A stretch of 60,914 bases of DNA from Acidobacteriota bacterium (GTDB lineage Bacteria > Acidobacteriota > Thermoanaerobaculia > Multivoradales > UBA5704). The stretch is from NCBI GenBank assembly GCA_040005235.1, contig JBDTZG010000031.1, positions 1 to 60,914 on the forward strand. The letters are read 5' to 3'. Under the pieces are notes generated by a model. That model did not search any database, was not told where the DNA came from, and saw only the letters and a list, made by a program, of their open reading frames with translations. Positions 59,201 to 60,914 of the stretch are shown here, one piece after another. Position numbers and translations under genes: made by a program. Positions within the stretch are counted from its first letter, which is position 1, and each line of letters starts with the position of its first letter.

Positions 59201-60914
59201 CGCGCGCGGCTATCTCGATCGGCCGGATCTTACGGCCGAGCGATTCCGCCCCAACCCCCTTACTGACGCTTCTTTCGGAGCGAGGGTCTACTGGACCGGC
59301 GACCGCGTCCGGCAGCGGGGAGACGGCTCGTTCGATTACCTCGGTCGCACCGACAGCCAAATCAAGATCCGCGGCTTCCGGATCGAGCCGGGAGAGATCG
59401 AAGCGGCGCTTGGCCTACACCCGGGCGTCAAAGAGGCAATCGTGCTCGCTCGCGAAGCGCCGGGCGGTTCAGCGATCGGCAAGCAGCTGATCGCTTGGTA
59501 TGTGGCGCGTCCGGAACACCCCCCATCCTGTCCTTCCCCCGGCTCCAACCCACCCCCTCCCCGGAGGAAGGGACCCTTCGCCGACCTCAAGAGCTTTCTG
59601 GGAGGGCGACTTCCTGATTACATGGTGCCTTCGGCGTTTGTCGAGGTCTCCGAGTGGCCGCTTTCTCCGACTGGCAAGATCGATCGCCGCTCGCTTCCCG
59701 GTCCCGTCTTCGAATCCGGGGGCGGCGCCGAACGGATCGCCCTGCGTACGCCGACGGAAGAGATCGTCGCCGGCCTGTTCGCCGAGCTGCTCGGGGGCTC
59801 CGGAATCGGCGCCGACGCGGATTTCTTCCTGCTCGGCGGCCACTCGCTGCTCGCGACGCAGCTCGCCTCCCGCTTGCGCCGAGCGTTCGGCGTCGAAGTT
59901 CCCCTCGGCGAGCTTTTTTCCGGCTCCACGGTGGCGGCCATCGCCGCCCGCATCGATGCGCTCATCGGCCGGCCCCACGAGGCGCTGGTACCGCTGGTTC
60001 GGAGTATCCGGCCAGCGGAGATCCCGCTCTCGTTCGCGCAGGAGCGGCTCTGGTTTCTCGATCGCCTGGAGCCCGGGACGTCGACCTACAACGTCGGTTT
60101 CCGCCTGATGCTCGAAGGCCCGCTCGATCCCGCGGCACTCGCCGCCGCGCTCTCCGCGCTGGTCGCCCGGCACGAGCCGCTGCGCACCCGGTTCGAGGTC
60201 GTTCTCGACCGGCCGATCCAGCGGATCGATCCGGCGGGCGCCTTCCCTCTCGCGAATGTCGACCTTGCGAGGCTCGAAGGCGGCACGGCAGGCGCCGAGG
60301 CCGCTCGGCTCGCGAAGGGGGAAGGGCGCCGGCCGTTCGATCTCGAGCGCGGCCCGGTCCTGCGCTCGACTTGGGTCCGGCGGGGTCCGGAGCGGCACGA
60401 CGTCCTGTTCGTCTTCCATCACATCGCAACCGACGGCTGGTCGATCGGCGTGTTCTCGCGCGAGTTGGTTGCGCTGTACGGCGCCGCGATCGAGAGCGAG
60501 CCGGCGGTCTTGCCGCCGCTGCCGATCGATTACGCCGATTGGGCTCTTTGGCAACGAGCTTGGCTCTCGGGCGAGATCTACCGCGAACAGCTCTCCTGGT
60601 GGCGAGAGCAGCTCGCCGGAGCGCCGGAGGTGCTCGACCTGCCGCTCGATCGGCCACGGCCGAGCTTGCCGAGGCGTCGTGCTCACACGATGCGCCACGC
60701 GCTTTCAGCGGAGCTCCGGACGGCGATCGGCGCTCGCTCGCGCACGGCAGGTGCCACTCCCTACATGGTGCTGCTCGCCGTCTGGTCCGGCCTGTTGTCG
60801 CGCTTGGGCGGTAGCCGCGATCTGGTGATCGGTTTGCCGATCGCCAATCGCAATCGGGCCGAGACCGAAGGGCTGGTCGGCTTCTTCGTCAACTCGTTGG
60901 CGATCCGGATCTCG
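50256..60914 (+). CDS. Non-ribosomal peptide synthetase, C-A-T / C-A-T / C-A-T / C..., 3' end beyond the window
   Basis: Same frame at every point checked from TTG 50256 to the edge. C motifs HHLVADF (~50725), HHIAIDG (~53940), HHIATDG (~57147, ~60418). A3 cores YxIxTSGSTGxPKG (~52190, ~55375, ~58580). T motifs LGGHSL (~53352, ~56568, ~59832). Missing from the ORF track because it has no stop in the window; start uncertain. Confidence 0.95.
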   Translation, partial: MHVPSSIEPVEEDRWGTPPNLRPGPERAPLSFGQEALWFLSRLAPASRAYHLCGAARLLVPCDAKTGEAVARAFAALAKHHPALRTTFGEGPDGTPEQRVGSGPGLDFSQVVVASEVDLALHLARELDAPFDLEQGPLVRAGLITAAGETVLWLAAHHLVADFWSLAVMLRDVGVAYAHADGRQALLAAGDGEPQLSYAEWTRWQRERTAGAEGARELAAWKEALAGELPRLELPTDRPRRGKVTWDGGAVDICVAADAVRALGRVARGAKSNLFSALLAAFQAFLARLSGQNDLIVGTPTTGRFGTRVADQVGYFVNPVPVRADLSGDPKFAELLARQRPTIQAALALQAYPFSRLAEEIQPEREPGRSPIFDAVLAYEKARGGEGFWGFALGQAGTRVDLGGLALESLRVEPSGSPFDLSLAVSEVAGGLAGSLRYASELFDRATVERWAGWWVRLIEGAAVAPDLRLSELPLLSPSERTALLASGASGPSAGAALSGDRARLDSGFAQWEQQTPDALAVADAGEEWTYRELGERANRLAHHLRGWGVAEEARVAVCLDRSAALVAAMLGVLRAGAAFVPIDPAYPEARRAAMIELSGATAVVTSESFVGSWCGAASVVLLDALSGPESAPPSRRSHPDQLAYVIFTSGSTGTPKGVAISHRAALHMVSWYGTRFGWTPADRGSQIAGPGFDATVFEIWPALSTGASVHVPPDEARLSPAALLAWLAAERVTVAFLPTPLAEAAFAEPRAKDLALRYLTVGGDRLHRGAPNGFTLVNMYGPAENAVVSTAGEVPTDDPQPSIGRPIDGVRVYLLDRRQGLAPPGAVGELAAAGPGLARGYLGDPAQTAERFRPDPFGAPGERLYRTGDLARFRKADGEIDFLGRLDHQVKIRGQRIELGEIESALASLPEIREATVLVHEASPGDRRLVAFVVLTHEVTDADLIEPLRRRLSDAMVPRTFVRLERLPANANGKVDRRALAVLAARAVAEEGSGGIEGGTAPRSETELRVAAIWRELLGRERVGVEDDFFALGGHSLLVTQLASRMRRVFGVEFPLVELFAGATVASIAARVEQKLTEGGDVERIERVARPSDVPLSFSQERLWFVDRLEPGKATYNVGFRLTLEGPLSTTALEAALAAVVARHEPLRTRYAQPGDVARQEIDSPSLSLFVLWPRIDLTLDEQASAEEAVRIARSEGRRPFDLARGPVVRATLVKRGADLHDAIFTFHHIAIDGWSLSIFSREIAELYAAAAEGREAHLPDLPIEYADWAIWQRKWLSGERYERELSWWREHLQGAPEGIDLPTDRPRPSVPQRHAGQVRRTLPPHLSQALAARANAESSTPFMTLLAAWAGLLARLGSGNDLVIGTPIANRNRAETEGLIGFFVNSLALRIATEPAPTLRSLLATVRAASVGAFAHQDFPFERLVAELGGARGGIAGGVPPIYQVSFAFQNLPAPVMLPGLRTTVEELDGGSAKLDLGLVVTPFEEGFVAQLELNLDLFDPATGARLLAGFERMAAELAAHPEKLLADAVLLGSAERQQLLIEWRDGNLALAPLLAHDFIARNARERPEALALESEHEPGRRYTWAEVAAVTDVLARRLAGLGAGPEKVVGVSLERSVDRVLAMFAVWKAGACYLPVDPELPVERRALLLEDAGALVVMVRDVPSGDLGWIGTVAPLLVSKENGLPVDGGPEADPRRVLPENLAYLIYTSGSTGVPKGVGISHRHAAGHFAAAAGFYRLVSTDRVVQFASASFDVSLEQVGVALASGGTLVVRGPELPPPLELSAWMSRLRITNANLPTAVWTEWSWSEAPLPKGLRVLVTGGEAMTPAAADRFRQRLAEMDDPPVVYNGYGPTETVVTATCYDLRYGRLPESGSVSIGRLLPKRAGHVVDPEGRPQPLGGVGELVLGGLLARGYLDRPDLTAERFRPDPFTDASFGARLYWTGDRVRQRGDGSFDYLGRTDQQIKIRGFRIEPGEIEAALESHPEIREAIVLAREAPGASGIGKRLIAWARPHDSIPLPDLHRFLAGRLPDYMVPSAFVEVAEWPLTPTGKIDRRALPDPVFESSSTERIALRTATEEIVAGVFTELLGVAEIGAEADFFALGGHSLLATQLASRLRRTFWVELSLAELFAGATVAAIAERIDALAGGPSAPALKRRKASGEEGEGELSFAEERLWFLDRLDPGTATYNVGFQLTLDGPLSFAPFVAALSSIVARHARLRTRFGERAGKPFTTVEPPSAVPVPRIDLSAIESRAEAARLAANEGRRPFDLERGPLLRVTLLRRAPDRLDALFVFHHIATDGWSISVFSREMAELYAAAIEERPAGLPSLPIEVSDWAAWQRDWLSGEVYDRQLAWWRERLAGAPEVLDLPVDRPRPAAPKSPAWLVRRELPSAILSSVSARSRAAGATPFMVLLAAWAGLLSRLGAGRDLVIGAPIANRNRAETEGLIGFFINSLAMRISTEESTLHGLLARTREVALGAYAHQDFPFDRLVAELGGARGGKVPPLFSVSLVFQNLPEAVLLPGVTTTIEPLGGGVAKLDLALVVSPVREAGGGRLSALLEIDLDLFDPATGARLLAGFERMVAEMAAHPERLLRDAELLGRPERHQLLTEWGEGNLDLPPVLVHDWIGKHARERPDGLALESEHEPGRRYTWAEVAAHTDLLARRLAGLGAGPETVVGVSLERSVDRALAMFAIWKAGACYLPVDPELPEARRALLLKDAGAVVVMVRDLTAERDGWIGTVAPLLVSKESGRPVDFGPEAVPRRAVAENLAYIIYTSGSTGLPKGVGISHRHAAGHFAAACGFYRMDSTDRVVQFASASFDVSMEQVGVALASGGTLVVRGPELPPPLELSAWMTRWGITNANLPTAVWTEWSWSDAPLPRVLRNLVTGGEAMTPAAAERFRQRLTEMENPPVVYNGYGPTETVVTATCYDLRFGRLPESGSVSIGRLLPSRTGFVVDPEGRPQALGGIGELVLGGLLARGYLDRPDLTAERFRPNPLTDASFGARVYWTGDRVRQRGDGSFDYLGRTDSQIKIRGFRIEPGEIEAALGLHPGVKEAIVLAREAPGGSAIGKQLIAWYVARPEHPPSCPSPGSNPPPPRRKGPFADLKSFLGGRLPDYMVPSAFVEVSEWPLSPTGKIDRRSLPGPVFESGGGAERIALRTPTEEIVAGLFAELLGGSGIGADADFFLLGGHSLLATQLASRLRRAFGVEVPLGELFSGSTVAAIAARIDALIGRPHEALVPLVRSIRPAEIPLSFAQERLWFLDRLEPGTSTYNVGFRLMLEGPLDPAALAAALSALVARHEPLRTRFEVVLDRPIQRIDPAGAFPLANVDLARLEGGTAGAEAARLAKGEGRRPFDLERGPVLRSTWVRRGPERHDVLFVFHHIATDGWSIGVFSRELVALYGAAIESEPAVLPPLPIDYADWALWQRAWLSGEIYREQLSWWREQLAGAPEVLDLPLDRPRPSLPRRRAHTMRHALSAELRTAIGARSRTAGATPYMVLLAVWSGLLSRLGGSRDLVIGLPIANRNRAETEGLVGFFVNSLAIRIS
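54760..59960 (+). repeat. Duplicated NRPS module segment (about 54760-56700 vs 57966-59960, offset about 3.2 kb)
   Basis: Long near-identical nucleotide blocks across the end of C, the whole A domain and T. Confidence 0.9.

Noticed and set aside
50411-60828. Numerous ORF-track entries across the NRPS region
   Set aside because: All are alternative-frame or antisense shadows of the single open NRPS frame.

Overview
High-GC bacterial window. The gene families resemble Acidobacteriota, class Thermoanaerobaculia (inference, not verified). Left arm (1-9.3 kb): a 21-bp tandem repeat and two secreted proteins. Next is a locus of two paralogous XRE-HTH/TPR regulators flanking a small secreted protein with four IGCxxD[P/S]xGxC repeats, plus a divergent stand-alone copy of the regulators' C-terminal TPR region. 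This is the best candidate for an undescribed RRNPP-like peptide-signalling system. An EndoU lipoprotein/YacL-like pair follows. The middle holds glnA, pepF, a VPS10/BNR protein, sbnA-sbnB-serA (diaminopropionate supply), DUF3326, RNase P RNA, an LD-carboxypeptidase, a cNMP-FHA protein and recG. After these come a compact graspetide RiPP locus (55-aa precursor, ATP-grasp ligase, DUF6624), a second ATP-grasp ligase, GNAT plus a BoxB/PaaA-like diiron protein, proline dehydrogenase, ThrE, a non-coding array with ~20.3-bp period, and typA. The right part has two tandem secreted paralogs, a large secreted metallopeptidase, imuA-imuB with a candidate 11-bp-period SOS box, pdxH and a class V PLP enzyme. 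The window ends in a >3500-aa NRPS (C-A-T x3 + C) that runs off the right edge and is absent from the ORF track. All family calls come from motif recognition by eye; no searches were run.
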